The position numbers and the translations under genes are program-made. A DNA stretch of 63,189 nucleotides, the filler included, from Craspedostauros australis (taxonomy: Eukaryota): NCBI GenBank assembly GCA_030167865.1. It is 9 parts of 9 records of this genome, joined end to end, with 100 filler letters (N's around TTAATTAATTAA, not from the genome) between each part and the next. Parts side by side here need not be neighbours in the genome. Positions count along the whole stretch, not along the records: positions 1 to 30,707 come from JALAGF010004567.1; positions 30,808 to 33,179 come from JALAGF010004573.1; positions 33,280 to 37,706 come from JALAGF010004574.1; positions 37,807 to 42,046 come from JALAGF010004575.1; 5 more parts are not named here. One strand, given 5' to 3'. This document shows, piece by piece, positions 27,301 through 39,174 of the stretch. The number at the start of each line of letters is the position of its first letter. The first letter of the stretch is position 1. The notes below the pieces were generated by a model. The model was not told where the DNA came from, did not search any database, and saw only the letters and a program-made list of their open reading frames with translations.

Positions 27301-27660
27301 GTCCAGCAATCCTGCATCTCGAACGGCAACTATCGGATCACGCTGCAATGGCACGGCGCTCAGGATCTCTACGACCTGTCCATCACGACACCGAACTGGC
27401 AAACTATGACCGAGACGAACGGCAACGACTCCGTGATCTCCAGATGGGCATCCATCCATAAATCGCAGCGACATGCCATCACCGTGTACTTGGACGATGC
27501 CGTGCCGCTGGGAACGTACGTGATCGTCGTGAAGTGCAAGGATGATGAAACGTCGAAACTGGCAGATCAAGATCGATGGATCGTCGGCGTTGGTGACGGA
27601 AGTCACGAAGTCACACACTCTGGGGTTGGCACTGGGTACTTTCTTTACCAGCACACGTAA
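18390..27660 (+). CDS. Giant extracellular multi-module protein (~2598 aa; ~2792 aa if started at 17808) with 13 x [Cys-rich motif + YfaP/DUF2135-like domain]
   Basis: join(18390..21718,22018..22527,22795..23946,24159..24632,24885..25349,25536..25994,26253..27660) gives one open frame of 7797 nt. Repeat consensus: C-x-ECCxDxDC-x-CxQRxCIDxGNPRFTLxWxGxDDLDLxVxTPxG...SGG...G.HVENIxFP...GxYxYxV...DxWxxxV, separated by Pro/Thr linkers. Hydrophobic N-terminal segment LTLVLCALVHLSRLVYA. Start codon uncertain. Confidence 0.88.
21719..22017 (+). other. Intron 1 of giant gene (phase 2, 299 bp)
   Basis: TGG ACA GG|GTAAGT...TGCGCAG|C GAT GAT GAC TTG restores WTGDDDL. Confidence 0.9.
22528..22794 (+). 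other. Intron 2 of giant gene (phase 2, 267 bp)
   Basis: TGG ACA GG|GTGAGT...GCGCAG|A AAT GAT GAT CTG restores WTGNDDL. Confidence 0.9.
23947..24158 (+). other. Intron 3 of giant gene (phase 2, 212 bp)
   Basis: TGG ACT GG|GTACGT...TTGCAG|C GAC GAC GAT CTT restores WTGDDDL. Confidence 0.9.
24633..24884 (+). other. Intron 4 of giant gene (phase 2, 252 bp, no in-frame stop)
   Basis: TGG ACA GG|GTACGT...CGATAG|T GAC GAC GAT CTT restores WTGDDDL. Confidence 0.88.
25350..25535 (+). other. Intron 5 of giant gene (phase 2, 186 bp)
   Basis: TGG GCC GG|GTGAGT...CAACAG|C GAT GAT GAT CTT restores WAGDDDL. Confidence 0.9.
25995..26252 (+). other. Intron 6 of giant gene (phase 2, 258 bp)
   Basis: TGG ACT GG|GTAAGT...TTTTGCAG|A AAT GAC GAT GTG restores WTGNDDV. 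Confidence 0.9.
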
Positions 27661-28043
27661 ACAAATATTATATAATATTATAGAGTACTCGAAGCTGTGC
27701 AACGATGTGATGATGTGAAGTGCGTGCTTGTGAATGGTGCATGCGGATACGACTGCGATAGATTATTACTTGGAGTGCGAATGCTGTACCATGTATGGTA
27801 CTAGTAGTGATGTATATGTTGGCAGTGTGCTCGATTGGAGATCGTGTTGCAGAGATACGAGATGCTCTCTGAAGCACAGTCCTGTGTGGTGTGCATGTAG
27901 TAGAATATATGTTTGTAAATACGAAGTTCTCATTGCCTTGGGCTTCATTGTGGGGGCTTCATTGCGGCGGCTTCGTTCGATTGGGTTTGTGGATGGAGAG
28001 GGGCGTCATCGCGAAGAAGTTGCCGTTGCTGTGAATGTCATCA

Positions 28044-29708
28044 TTAGAGCCACTGCATGTGACCGGATGTGATGAGCACGGTTTCGAAGATCAAACTTGC
28101 GTTGTGCTTGCCTTTCCGGTGACACACCTCGGGGATCAAGGACTTGATGGTGGCCGCGTCGTGCTGGTGGACCATTTGGGACCATCGGGCCTTGAACTGC
28201 TTCAACTTTAAGCGGCTCTCGACGAATGGGAGTATTTCATGGAATACTGTCTCACCGTCCATCATGTCAAAGATGCGGCTGGTCACTATGATGTCTTCGT
28301 CGCCGTCGAACTCGGTGAGTTTCAAATCATCAAGATGCGAGCTCTTCCTGACAGCTTCGAATAACGAGGCACTCACGGCATCGTATTCATCGTCGTCACC
28401 ATCGTAGTCAAAGTCATACTCGTCGTTTTCGGAGTCATTGTCGTTCCTGTTGGTGTCGCCGCCCGCGTCGCCGCCTGCGTCTCTACGCATATCACCACCC
28501 ATGCTGTCATCATCAGATGAGCTCTGGACTTCGAATTCCACTCGGGCGACGTACTTCACGGAACGAAGATGCTTGGTCTGAATCAACTTCAGCAAGCCCG
28601 GGAGCCAAGCCGCTCTGTCGCATAAGAAGTATAGCTCGATCTTCGCGAGCTCCTCGTGCCTGCAGATTGAATCGATGACGTTGTGCATCCGTGGAGTTGG
28701 GAGGATGTCGTCATTGTGACGCAAATCGATACGCAACCGGGTGATGGACGAAAAGCGTGGTAGTTTTTGAAGGAACCGAGAGCGTTCGAAGTTGCATTTC
28801 TTGAAACCAAGGGTTTTTGTGAAGCATCCCTCCTCCTTGAAGGGCAGCTCGAAGTGTGGCACATCGATATTGCAATGCTCCAAGTGCAACGAGACCGCCA
28901 AACGTAGCGCGCATCGCATAAACTGCAGGTCTAAGCCGTCTTCTTCGACATGTCGGATAAACAACGAGCCGATCGGCAATGCCTTGATGTTGCGTTTTTT
29001 GTTGTTGTTGTTGTTGTTGCGATCCAGGAAAGGGTTGCACCAGAGCAGCCAGAAAAAGTCTGTGCTTGCCGTCAACGTGCACTTCCGTTTGTCGACCTCC
29101 ACACTGCTTCCGAATGAAGTTCTGATGAGTCTGCACAACCACCCGTAACGAGCAGCAAACTCTTTCTGCTCGAGAGGGTCTCCCTCCATGCCGAAATAGA
29201 AGTCGTAAGTCCTGAAGTTGATGCAGAACACGCCCTGGCTGCTATCCAAAGCGTCTGCTGACATGAATACGTCGTCATCGTCGAATGCGTCGTCCTCCAC
29301 CACGAGCACACGCAGGTTGTCATCGAAGTAGACCTTCGTGTTGTCCGGCACAAACTGGTTGAAGTCTTCCCACGTGGCCCCAGCGCGCGCCTCGGAATGC
29401 GGAAATGTGAAATGGTACCCGTGGGGGCAAAACTGGTCGTAAGGCTGGGGGCAGTATCTGGTATTTGTGCCGTAATCCAGGGGCGAACATTGCGTCTCGT
29501 TCTTCTTGTGCTTCTTTTTGCTGTTTCGTTTCCGCTTTCCGTCTGCTCCCTTGTTCTTGTCGCGGCTCCCACCACGATTCCTCTCATGGCCAGGAGGGCG
29601 ATGCTCGAAACAGCGGCGCCATCCCTTGGTGAGTTTATCCTTGATCCGCCCCAACTCGGCTTCATCTGGACGGTACGGCAACGAGATCGTAAGGCTGATC
29701 TTCACCAT
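28044..29708 (-). CDS. Hypothetical protein (554 aa), possibly with degenerate LRR/RNI-like repeats
   Basis: Long intact ORF with a basic NLS-like N-terminal patch (KRKRNSKKKHKK), LxxLxL-like segments (SLHLEHCNI, ITRLRIDL, LAKIELY, LDDLKL) and an acidic tract. Confidence 0.7.
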   Translation of the reverse strand: MVKISLTISLPYRPDEAELGRIKDKLTKGWRRCFEHRPPGHERNRGGSRDKNKGADGKRKRNSKKKHKKNETQCSPLDYGTNTRYCPQPYDQFCPHGYHFTFPHSEARAGATWEDFNQFVPDNTKVYFDDNLRVLVVEDDAFDDDDVFMSADALDSSQGVFCINFRTYDFYFGMEGDPLEQKEFAARYGWLCRLIRTSFGSSVEVDKRKCTLTASTDFFWLLWCNPFLDRNNNNNNKKRNIKALPIGSLFIRHVEEDGLDLQFMRCALRLAVSLHLEHCNIDVPHFELPFKEEGCFTKTLGFKKCNFERSRFLQKLPRFSSITRLRIDLRHNDDILPTPRMHNVIDSICRHEELAKIELYFLCDRAAWLPGLLKLIQTKHLRSVKYVARVEFEVQSSSDDDSMGGDMRRDAGGDAGGDTNRNDNDSENDEYDFDYDGDDDEYDAVSASLFEAVRKSSHLDDLKLTEFDGDEDIIVTSRIFDMMDGETVFHEILPFVESRLKLKQFKARWSQMVHQHDAATIKSLIPEVCHRKGKHNASLIFETVLITSGHMQWL

Positions 29709-30553
29709 GTTTGCTCACGTGATGTTCTCTCGGCCAAGGGGGTATATCGTGGCATCAAGTTTGCCACGGTGGATGGTGCGAGTGTGTATACGCAGTGGTC
29801 CAATCAGGCTCGTCCTCGTCCTCGGATGGGGAGGTGTCGAGTGGAGTATTTGTGGGCATGTGATCAAGCTGGCTGTGATGGAAGCTCCAGACGTTGCGTC
29901 TTTGTTGTTGTGAAGTCCGTCCATGGTGGAAGCAAGTTCAGCTTCTGGACTCTGGAGAGCGCAGAGAGATGATGTCACCGAACAGGTTCTGATTGTGGAC
30001 GTGCGTGCTTGGATTTGGCCGTCGCAGCTTTTCTTGTGTTCGGATGTTGTGGCTTCTCGTGGCCAATCTGCCCGCGAGGATCGCTGAAGAGGTCGCGCTG
30101 TTGGTTTCCACGTTGCTGGAGAGTACTGCCCCAACGCGTACTGCCTCGCGGCAACAGTGATGGCGCGCTTCGCAATTCGAATCTCCGCCGAAAAGGCGAT
30201 TCTCTGTGTGAACAGTCGCATTGATCCAATCACCACACATGCTGACGACGATTTGGTACCCGTGACTAAGTACAGTCACTAATCAATCATCACGTTTCTG
30301 GGACACCCGGCAAAAAGCAACGGAAACGTATTTCGACTAGTACGACTACTTTGACATCCAAAACCAATTTTGTCACTCAGACACAAGAAGCCCGCAATTG
30401 ACATTTCACGATTGGCGAAGAACGAATCTCCTCTCGAAGAACTTACTGAGGAATTCTGTTGGACCTATTTCGGAGAAACAAACCGAGGCATTGATGCCGC
30501 TGGCCAAATTGATCGAGTCCCGTCTATACCGATGACAAACAGCTTCTAATTCT

Positions 30554-30707
30554 AAATAAATCGAATGACGGATAAATAAATCGAATGGCGGATATTATTT
30601 TCGAATGACGGATAAATAAATCGAATGACGGATAAATAAATCGAATGACGGATATTATTTTCGAATGACGGATAAATAAATCGAATGACGGATATTATTT
30701 TCGAATG
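30554..30707. repeat. 20-bp tandem minisatellite with two unit variants, truncated by scaffold end
   Basis: Units TCGAATGACGGATAAATAAA (A) and TCGAATGACGGATATTATTT (B) in order A,B,A,A,B,A,B from 30561. Confidence 0.95.
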
Positions 30708-30807
30708 NNNNNNNNNNNNNNNNNNNNNNNNNNNNNNNNNNNNNNNNNNNNTTAATTAATTAANNNNNNNNNNNNNNNNNNNNNNNNNNNNNNNNNNNNN
30801 NNNNNNN
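30708..30807. other. Artificial scaffold-join spacer (first of eight)
   Basis: 44 N + TTAATTAATTAA (stops in all six frames) + 44 N. Identical spacers at 33180-33279, 37707-37806, 42047-42146, 48495-48594, 51282-51381, 56509-56608 and 58166-58265. Confidence 0.98.
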
Positions 30808-33179
30808 TGAACTCAGACGCCAGCCTCTTCAACGTGCGGCACATCAAGTCCTTCATCCAAGTGGGAGACAGCACGAAGCTGGACTCTCCCAAGATCGGAT
30901 CCATCCGCTTGAAGGTCAAGCAGCGCGACAACACTGGCCACATTTTCNNNNNNNNNNNNNNNNNNNNNNNNNNNNNNNNNNNNNNNNNNNNNNNNNNNNN
31001 NNNNNNNNNNNNNNNNNNNNNNNNNNNNNNNNNNNNNNNNNNNNNNNNNNNNNNNNNNNNNNNNNNNNNNNNNNNNNNNNNNNNNNNNNNNNNNNNNNNN
31101 NNNNNNNNNNNNNGATTCATCACAGGAGTGCAGATGCATCCCATCATGCCAACTGAGGATGACAAGGCTTCCACAGCCATCATCAAGAGCCCATCCAAGG
31201 AGGTGAGCGTGGTGAACTTGCATCGAATGCTCCATCACGCACCACTTGAGACCATGAAGCGGACAGCTGCTCAATATGGATGGAAGATCATCGGCGAGAT
31301 GCTGGTGTGTCGCGACTGTGCTGTCGCGAATGCGAGAGTGAAGAACATCTCAAAGACTAGAATCCCAAGAGTGACTCGCCGTGGCGAACGCCTCTTCATC
31401 AATATCAGTTACACTAAACACATAGGCTTCGGAGATAAACGCTACTGGACCTTGATCGTGGACGGCTTCACGGACTACTGCTGGAGCTTCTTTCTGAAGA
31501 ACAAGAGGGGCCAACCAGGGTATCAAACGATTCATGCAGACGATCAAGTCACACACAGGTGATCAACAAATCATTTTCCAAGGCAATAACAGCGGAGAGA
31601 ACAAATCCACGCAGGATACTCTCATCGATGCAGGACTGAATGCAAAATTCGAGTCCATGGCGTCCAACACGCCACAGCGGAATGGTAGAGTAGAACGCAA
31701 GTTTGCGTATCTCTACACCAAGATCCGCTCCATGCTCAACGGAGCACAACTCAACAACAAATAGAGGCATGGCCTGTGGGCAGCAGCTGCAAGCACTGCC
31801 ACTGCCATTGCCAACTCTTTGACAGCAATCCACCATACGCAGATGCACTCCGCACATTTGGAGAAGTGGGTGTCGTGAAGACTACCTATGGCGGGATCAC
31901 CGCCAAGCTCAAGAATAGAGGAGAAGAGATGGTGTTCATTGGATATGCACACCAACATGCATCAGGAGTGTACAACATGCACAGACCATCGACCAAGTCA
32001 CTGGTCTGTTTCTGCAACATCAAATGGCTCAACCAATCATATGGACAGTTCTGTGGCTGGGCGCAAGCACCAAACACACTCAACGATTCAGAAATGACGA
32101 ATGCAGATAGCTTCACAACCATTGGACGGAAGGGAGCAACGCCAAGGACGGCAATGCATCAAACAACAGAACCAAGGAGAGTATCCTTTGCCAACACGAA
32201 CAAGTATCACATCCTATCGGACAGCGATGATGAGGATGAGGAAGCAGCAACCCAACTGCTCGAGAACGAGGAAGATCGGAGCGAGTCCGACCCTGAGGAT
32301 GACGAGATCCTACCATCCGGCGACGAAGCCNACGATGACAAGGGCATCACTCCTCTGAACACACCAGCGAGGCCTGCGCGTGGTACACCATCAAGACCTC
32401 CACCAACCAAACCAAGCAAGCGTGACATAGACAGAAAGGAGAGACTCCGATGTCACAAAGCAAGAGGCAGGAAGGGACAGAACAATCCCAAGGCAACTGC
32501 AGGGAAGAAGATTCCCAAAGCACTGTGCGCGCTTGCAGACAACAACAGACCAGGTCAAAAGGAACAAGGTGATGAGAACGAATCATCATCAAACGAGGAG
32601 ACCGACAAACTCAGCGACAAGTTAGCTGACGAACTGAGTGATGACAACAAGAACACAGACGATGAGGAAATCATAGATGAGGAAGAAGAGACAGAGGTTA
32701 TCCATCACAGCACCAACAGACTATACGGGATGAATGCAATCGTTGCCGAGATACCAGCGATCGACATCGGACTGTCGATTCAGGACCAGAACGAAGAATC
32801 CGAGAAGCACATCGAACCGACGACGTTCAATGGGGCGTTCAATCATCCGGATCCCATCCATCGAAAGGGATACCGAGCAGCCATCAAGAAAGATTTCAGC
32901 TCCATGGATACACGCAAGGTGTACAGCAAGATCAAACGAGACGCCACCCCACGAGGCCGCAGATGCTGCAAGTGCAAATGGGTCTTCAAGTTGAAGCGTG
33001 ACGGCACACATCGAGCGCGACTCGTTGCATGTGGCTATTCGCAAGTCGCAGGAGTGGACTTCCAAGAACACTACTCACCTGTCATCCACGATGTAACATA
33101 TCGAGTCATGATGGTGATCATGCTGATCAAGAAGATGGACTGCGCACTCGTCGATGTCGTAACGGCATTCCTACACGGA
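30808..33179 (+). mobile_element. Degenerate Ty1/copia pol fragment (pre-integrase zinc motif, integrase, start of RT)
   Basis: LHRMLHH...CRDC, YWTLIVDGFTDYCWSFFLKNK, TPQRNGRVERKF, CKWVFKLKRDGTHRARLVACGYSQVAGVDF, DVVTAFLHG. INT precedes RT; frameshifts and stops present. Confidence 0.93.
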
Positions 33180-33569
33180 NNNNNNNNNNNNNNNNNNNNN
33201 NNNNNNNNNNNNNNNNNNNNNNNTTAATTAATTAANNNNNNNNNNNNNNNNNNNNNNNNNNNNNNNNNNNNNNNNNNNNTTCGGTCACCGGTCAATGGGG
33301 ACATGAAGGGAAAATACCAATTTTCAGCAATTTTTCAGTGACATCATGGTATATTGCAACTAGAATGTTTACCAGAACTTTCGCAGAGGAAAATCAACGA
33401 CAACAACAACAACAGCAAAAATGATGGAGATTCATCGAACTTGCATCTCTTTAAATTGTATCAGCATGGTGCACGTGAATATTCTGAACAGAGTGGTGTG
33501 CATCGGCTGGTGTCTTCTGCCATGGGTTTGCAATGCGACCGAGGATGTCAATAGGACTGAGAGTGTGAA

Positions 33570-35600
33570 TCAATGTTGGTTGCTAATACTATGAGAGATT
33601 GCATTGATTAGGTATGGAGTTGCGGTCTGAACTCTTGCTCGTGTCTTGCCCTGCTCCAGGAGAGAAGTGGGCGCAAGGTGCTCGCTGTGCGTACGTCGGC
33701 CAGGAGAGTCACGTGCAGGAGTAGCATCAATACACTCTTGCATAACTCCCAACATGCTCTGTCTGGCTGTTTTGCCACTGTCAGGAGTGGGTTTGAGGCA
33801 GATCTCTTGCATCTTGCGATGATAGGCCGTCGGATGGTGCTTCGTGAAGTAGTCTGTGAGATTGTCCGATCTGGGGGCCCAGTAGATGATGAATTGGACT
33901 TGTTGTATACGATTGCGTACCCAGTAGAAGCGCATGTCCATGTCCATGGCTCTGGTGCATCGTTGCTTCATTGTGCTGTTGATAATTCCTGATGCAGTCG
34001 AATTTTCCATCTTGATGGGTGTAGGCGGCTGTGTGTGGCCGAGCTCGTCGAATGTGGTGCACAGCACGGAGGCTGCCATGCAATTCAGGTATACTGCGCC
34101 GACTTCGGCTTCTGCTGCCGAACTCATGACGTTCTGAATCTTGTTGCACACGGTGTGGATGGCTTCGTTGTTCGGGGGCGGGTTGGTCGGGGCTTTGGTG
34201 CCATCTTTGGACTTGCTGCTGAGGTACATGTGGTCACCCGCATGGCTTCTGGCCTTAGGCAAGCTCAGGTATGATGTGTCACTGTCTACATGTAGGACCA
34301 TGTCACTTGCATGATACACGATGGTTGAATTCAGGTGCAATGTACAGTAGTCAAGTAGCTGTCGGAATCTGCATCCCGTGTTCTGTGTGGCATACACTTG
34401 TTGTGTGGCAATGTCACTGACTGCTGGGAGGATGGTCGGGTCCACTGTAATAGACCCAAACATGATGACTGTTGTCTTGATGGCTGTAGCTAGCTGTTGG
34501 TAGAGGCTTGATTGACAAGTGGTCCAAACGTGAGTCTTTTGATCACAAGTAGTCCATTGAGAATACTGATGATGGGTGAAGAAACATGCGGATTATGAGT
34601 GATATTGCCATGATTCTTGTTCTGGGGAGGATCTCCTGTGGTTGCCCAAAGTGAGGGTCGTACGGAGTTGCAGTTCAACTAAGAACCGACGACTTTCCTT
34701 TTAGAGTGTCCCGTGTCGTTGCTTGAGATTGCTTTTGATACACAATTGTCCGAACCCGACAACGGCCAGATCTTTCCTTGTCCTCCCCTCTTTTCAGTCA
34801 CTAACCATTCCCGGTTTACATGCTACGGTTCATCTATCCAACCAACACATGTGGGAACTATATGCTCCCCAGATCCTGTCAGATGGGCTTCACCTGGATT
34901 CCTTTCCACTGCCACGACATCCGCTGACTATACTGGATCTGTTGTGGGCAATCCAAGCTGCTTCAACCACAGCAATGGAATCCTGACGCAAGTCCAAGCC
35001 GCTGACTCCTGCTGCATCGCTCCAGTTGGATTTTTGTGTAATCATTGTGACACGATCCGGAAGGGAAGACCTTGCTGACTGCCAGATTCAGTGAAACTGA
35101 TGGTGCAGTTAGCGAGGATGAACTGTCTGGGTGATAGTTGTAGGTGACAATGAGTAGATTAGAATGGTTGTGCTGATCTTGAGTTGTGCAATTTGTTATA
35201 TTGAATAGTCTGCATTGTGAGTCGATCAGTCTGAGATGTAGGATGAAGAAACGATGTTCAATTGGATAGTGCGGCGCTGCACTGACCATCAGAGGTTCAG
35301 TGCTGAGAACAGACAAGCCCTCTCTCTCTTTCTCCACTATCTGTCATAGTTGTTCTACATTCAAGTACAAAGTCTTGACATCTTGATTGAGGTTGTAGTT
35401 GAGAACACAGGTTGTCAAGCAACGGGAATTGTAGTTGGATTCCCTGCTTGTGTTGAAGCAGGATGGATCTCCTTGTTGTTGTTGTGTGGAGTTGTTAGCT
35501 GACATGGCTGACAATGGAATCGAGATTAGCTGTAACACAAGGGTTCAGAGGAGCATATAGTTGCTGGAGTGCATTGAATTCAGTGAATTAAGTGGGATTT
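33570..35600 (-). mobile_element. Degenerate Ty1/copia remnant (RT end/RNase H in 33570-34463; eroded integrase tail upstream)
   Basis: LHVDSDTSYLS, VMSSAAEAEVGAVY, QPPTPIKMENSTASG, AMDMDMRFYWVR, NLTDYFTKHH. Most of RT is deleted. Confidence 0.88.
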
Positions 35601-38600
35601 GAGTCCGCAATAATTCATGAATGAGAGTGGGAGACGGCGGTAAAATGGGTATTTCTGTATTTGTAGGTGGAGGGTTTCGCGCCGTAATTGACGCGCAAAA
35701 GCAATTTCAAGGTGCGACACTGGACACACTAAGTGAAAGTAGTCTGTTCTTTAGAGGAACTTCGACTACCACCTTGATTCACATTGCCATTGGTCCTTTT
35801 TCGGGACGTTCGTGCCAGACGTTATTGATAGTCACAGTGCGTGTCATTTTGGGAAACTGCTTTGGGCTTGAGGAAGTCTCTATTGAGGGAGATTTAACGA
35901 GAAGCACGTTTCGGCGTCGTCGCATAGCGAATTATGACTCTGCACAAGAGATCGCACACATCCACGCTCCGATCAAAAGATCCATCACCCAAAACGAAGC
36001 GTACAATCCCTGAATACCAACAAGCACCAACCAGGTGGCCAATCCTCCGCTTCACCCTGTGTTGGCAACACCCAGAGCTTCCGCATCAACGTAGTCTCCA
36101 CGAGGACTCCATTATGTTGAACGTGCGGTGAGCGAATGTTGGTGTCAAATTGAAGAAGTGGAAGTCTTCTGTCTTTGGTTTGTCGCAACAGCATCGCCCT
36201 GCTGCTGATCGCAAGGACTTCCTTTTGGACGCCTTGAGGCGAACTTGAAATCCGTCTGAGTGTTGGAAGGACCCGCCCGCAAGAGAAAGAACAGAACTCT
36301 TGGGTGTCTTCTCAAACATAAAAGGCGCTGACCATGAGGCTGGCAACATTCAGACATGCCCACAGCGAGGAAAAGAATAGGCGATTGACGACGGTCTCCT
36401 ATCACCCATCGCTCATCCCCTTCATCGCTTCTCGTTCTTGTCCACTGCATTCTGGTTATTCATGGATTCTTCATGGGGTGTGTTGTGCGGATCGCCAGGG
36501 GGGATCGCCAGGTAGGATCGCCTCTTTGTATGACAGGTATGGGCGCGGGTGCATGCTGTGCCAGCCCGCAGCGCCGATTCACCACAACGCACTGCCGGCT
36601 TTCGCACCAACCTTCCAGGTCGAAGATCTGCGCCGAGGACCGGAACCAACCATGACGTCGGCAGGTTCAGCAACGCCAGGCACTGTCCAAATCCCCAAAC
36701 AAACGACGAACCTCCAAACAAATGCCAACCAACCACGGAGCAAATCGTTCACTGTTTTGGTACCAGCAGGTATTGCCGTAACCTCGTGTGTGGACAGTTC
36801 CCCGTCCGAGGAGTGGAGACAAGCATGTTGACATGTGCGTGTGATGTAGTGTGATGCACCAGTACGGTCGACATGCTCTGCCATTGGTGGTGGTGTCGGT
36901 AGCTACAGTCTCATTCCACGCCACCGGGCTCATTGCATCTCGCGCATTCATGGCGCATCGAACACAACACACTCGCGACATTCACAAGAATCACTTCGTT
37001 GTCTCCGAAATCGACACCAAAGTCTCACAAAACAATTCAATCATCAGATTGGAAACGCCAGCAATCAGCAATCAACTAACAACCAACAACCAACAACCAA
37101 CAGGCATTGGAAGGAGACGACAAACCCCTTTGAGGCCGCAACGAAGCAAAACAACTCGAAAGGTACGTGCACATCACGAAGAAAGGAGGATGGAAGCCTG
37201 GCTAATGCAAGAGGAAGAATCGACAACGCACATGCACAGACTCGTACCTATACAACGGAGAATGCAGTAATTTTGCAAAACCGACGTCAAGACGCACACG
37301 AACCGCGGATAGTGTCGCAGATGATGCAGCAGCACTGATGAAACGGCAGCACGCACCAGCGGTTGAGATGCAAGATACCTGCGAGTACGAGCACCATGCC
37401 TGCATTCCAGTCAATCTTCGCAGATCGTTATGCAGCGATGCTGCGGCCCTTGTCAGTGACCACAATCTCGTTCAGGATGCCTCGTGTCATGCCAATGCCA
37501 AACACGCGCCGCTTCACATTCCGGTGTTCAAATCCCACACCTCGTCCAAGCCGAATTAACTCATGCTGCTCTTTGCCATAACCATGGCTCCTTCTCTCCC
37601 CTTCCCTTCGCACGCGCAACTGATGCCTCCTGTGTGCGCAATCTTGACGTGATCGAATCTTCACGATGTTGTGTCGATTGATGGATATCGTTGATCTTCA
37701 TTGATTNNNNNNNNNNNNNNNNNNNNNNNNNNNNNNNNNNNNNNNNNNNNTTAATTAATTAANNNNNNNNNNNNNNNNNNNNNNNNNNNNNNNNNNNNNN
37801 NNNNNNGAGCCCTTGATGTTGTCATTCCTCTGAGCGACCGTCTTGGTTTCTGATGTGCAATTCATAATGAAAAGGAAGGAGCAAGCGTAGACATATCGGC
37901 AGAAGACAGGCGTGGGTGAGGTAAGCGAGATGAACCAAGCGGGTACAGGCGTTATGCGAGCGAATCATTCTGAATGGAGAGGTTGCAACTGGCGTCTCTG
38001 CATGGTGAAGATCTATCGCGGCGACTACTACTATTACTATTACTGTTGCTATTGCGCTTGTTCAACCCCTGGGACGTCATCACACGCAATCGGTAGATCA
38101 CAGACGAATCAGCTGCCGATGGAGAGACTGATTGATTGGTTGTTTCTTGTTGTTGAACGTACCTTTGCCCGAAGTGCAGCCCATGAGCGCGCTCATGCAC
38201 GAAAGTGCAAGTGCAGCTTTTCCAAACGAAACCATGGTGAGATGATGATGATGGTGGTGGTGGTGAAGGGATGTGTGATATCGTGTGGGTATGCTATGTT
38301 TTGGCAGAGTGCGGTTGTCAAAACTTATGTGTGCCTCTTTTGTTTTTGTGAGCTGTTGACCGATCTATTCGTGTGAGCAACTCTGCGCACAATGTGGCTG
38401 CTTTGCTGTTGAAATGCAGGTGGCGACGAGAGATCTTGAAGATGGCTGCACATTCAAGATCGTGACACCCCTCCATGCTGACCATACTTGCGCAGCACGC
38501 CGGCTTGGTCTCCCAATGTTACTCCCCATGAGCAGGATTTCCATTTTTGTGTTCCAGTCAACACCAGCGAACGCAGAATGGCAACAGCGAAGTGTCATTT

Positions 38601-38831
38601 CGCCCCGTCCTTTTCTCTCTGTCTCCTCGAAACTGCTCCACAAAAACGGATCGACATTTTCTGTTCCTTGTTTTCGTGGGCGTTGGATTGTTGGACTCGG
38701 CCCATTCCATTCCTCAACGGAACAACGGTCGTGGCAAACGTGGTGGAGGAACCATGAATTCGTTGAGTCCGCGAATGATACTTGTGCGTTTACGGGAGCA
38801 TGCACGGTGGCTGGGACAAACAAGGGCGTAG

Positions 38832-39070
38832 TGTTATCATGAATTAGTCCAGCTGATCGATACGACACCAAACCCGAACCAGCATGCCGCTGCGTCAGCA
38901 ACGCCACGATTAGGAGCGCCCGCGACGCACGCAACATTTAGCGAACTTGACGCAAAGTCAAGACCACAGTAGAATAAGCTCACAATCCCATGGGACCTTC
39001 CATGGGCCCTCTCAATGGGCACAACTCAACTTTAGCACACACACACGCACTCACACACTTGCCCGTAGCA
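38832..39070 (+). repeat. Candidate 5' LTR of copia element
   Basis: TGTTAT...GTAGCA ends, followed by a PBS-like sequence. The left boundary is tentative. Confidence 0.5.
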
Positions 39071-39074
39071 ATTA

Positions 39075-39086
39075 GGTTATGAGCCT
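39075..39086 (+). promoter_or_regulatory. Primer-binding-site-like GGTTATGAGCCT
   Basis: Resembles the copia half-tRNA-iMet PBS (GGTTATGGGCCC); lies 4 nt after a CA LTR-like end and just upstream of gag. Confidence 0.6.
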
Positions 39087-39174
39087 GGACCGCAGGCACT
39101 GCTTGTTCGTCACCTGCCGCACCACACGGTGCTAACTGCACCATGGCGAACGCGCTCCATCACAGCGATGCCGC

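Noticed and set aside
17808..27660. Treating the ORFs at 17808, 22028, 22772, 24184, 25354 and 26236 as a tandem array of separate genes
   Set aside because: Canonical splice sites join them in frame at the same motif, and the downstream pieces lack their own signal peptides.
30561..30707. Possible CRISPR-like array
   Set aside because: The variable part is only 6 bp with two states, there are no unique spacers or cas genes, and the context is eukaryotic.
35620..38830. Numerous short ORFs in both orientations
   Set aside because: No consistent frame, motif or codon bias that I can support.
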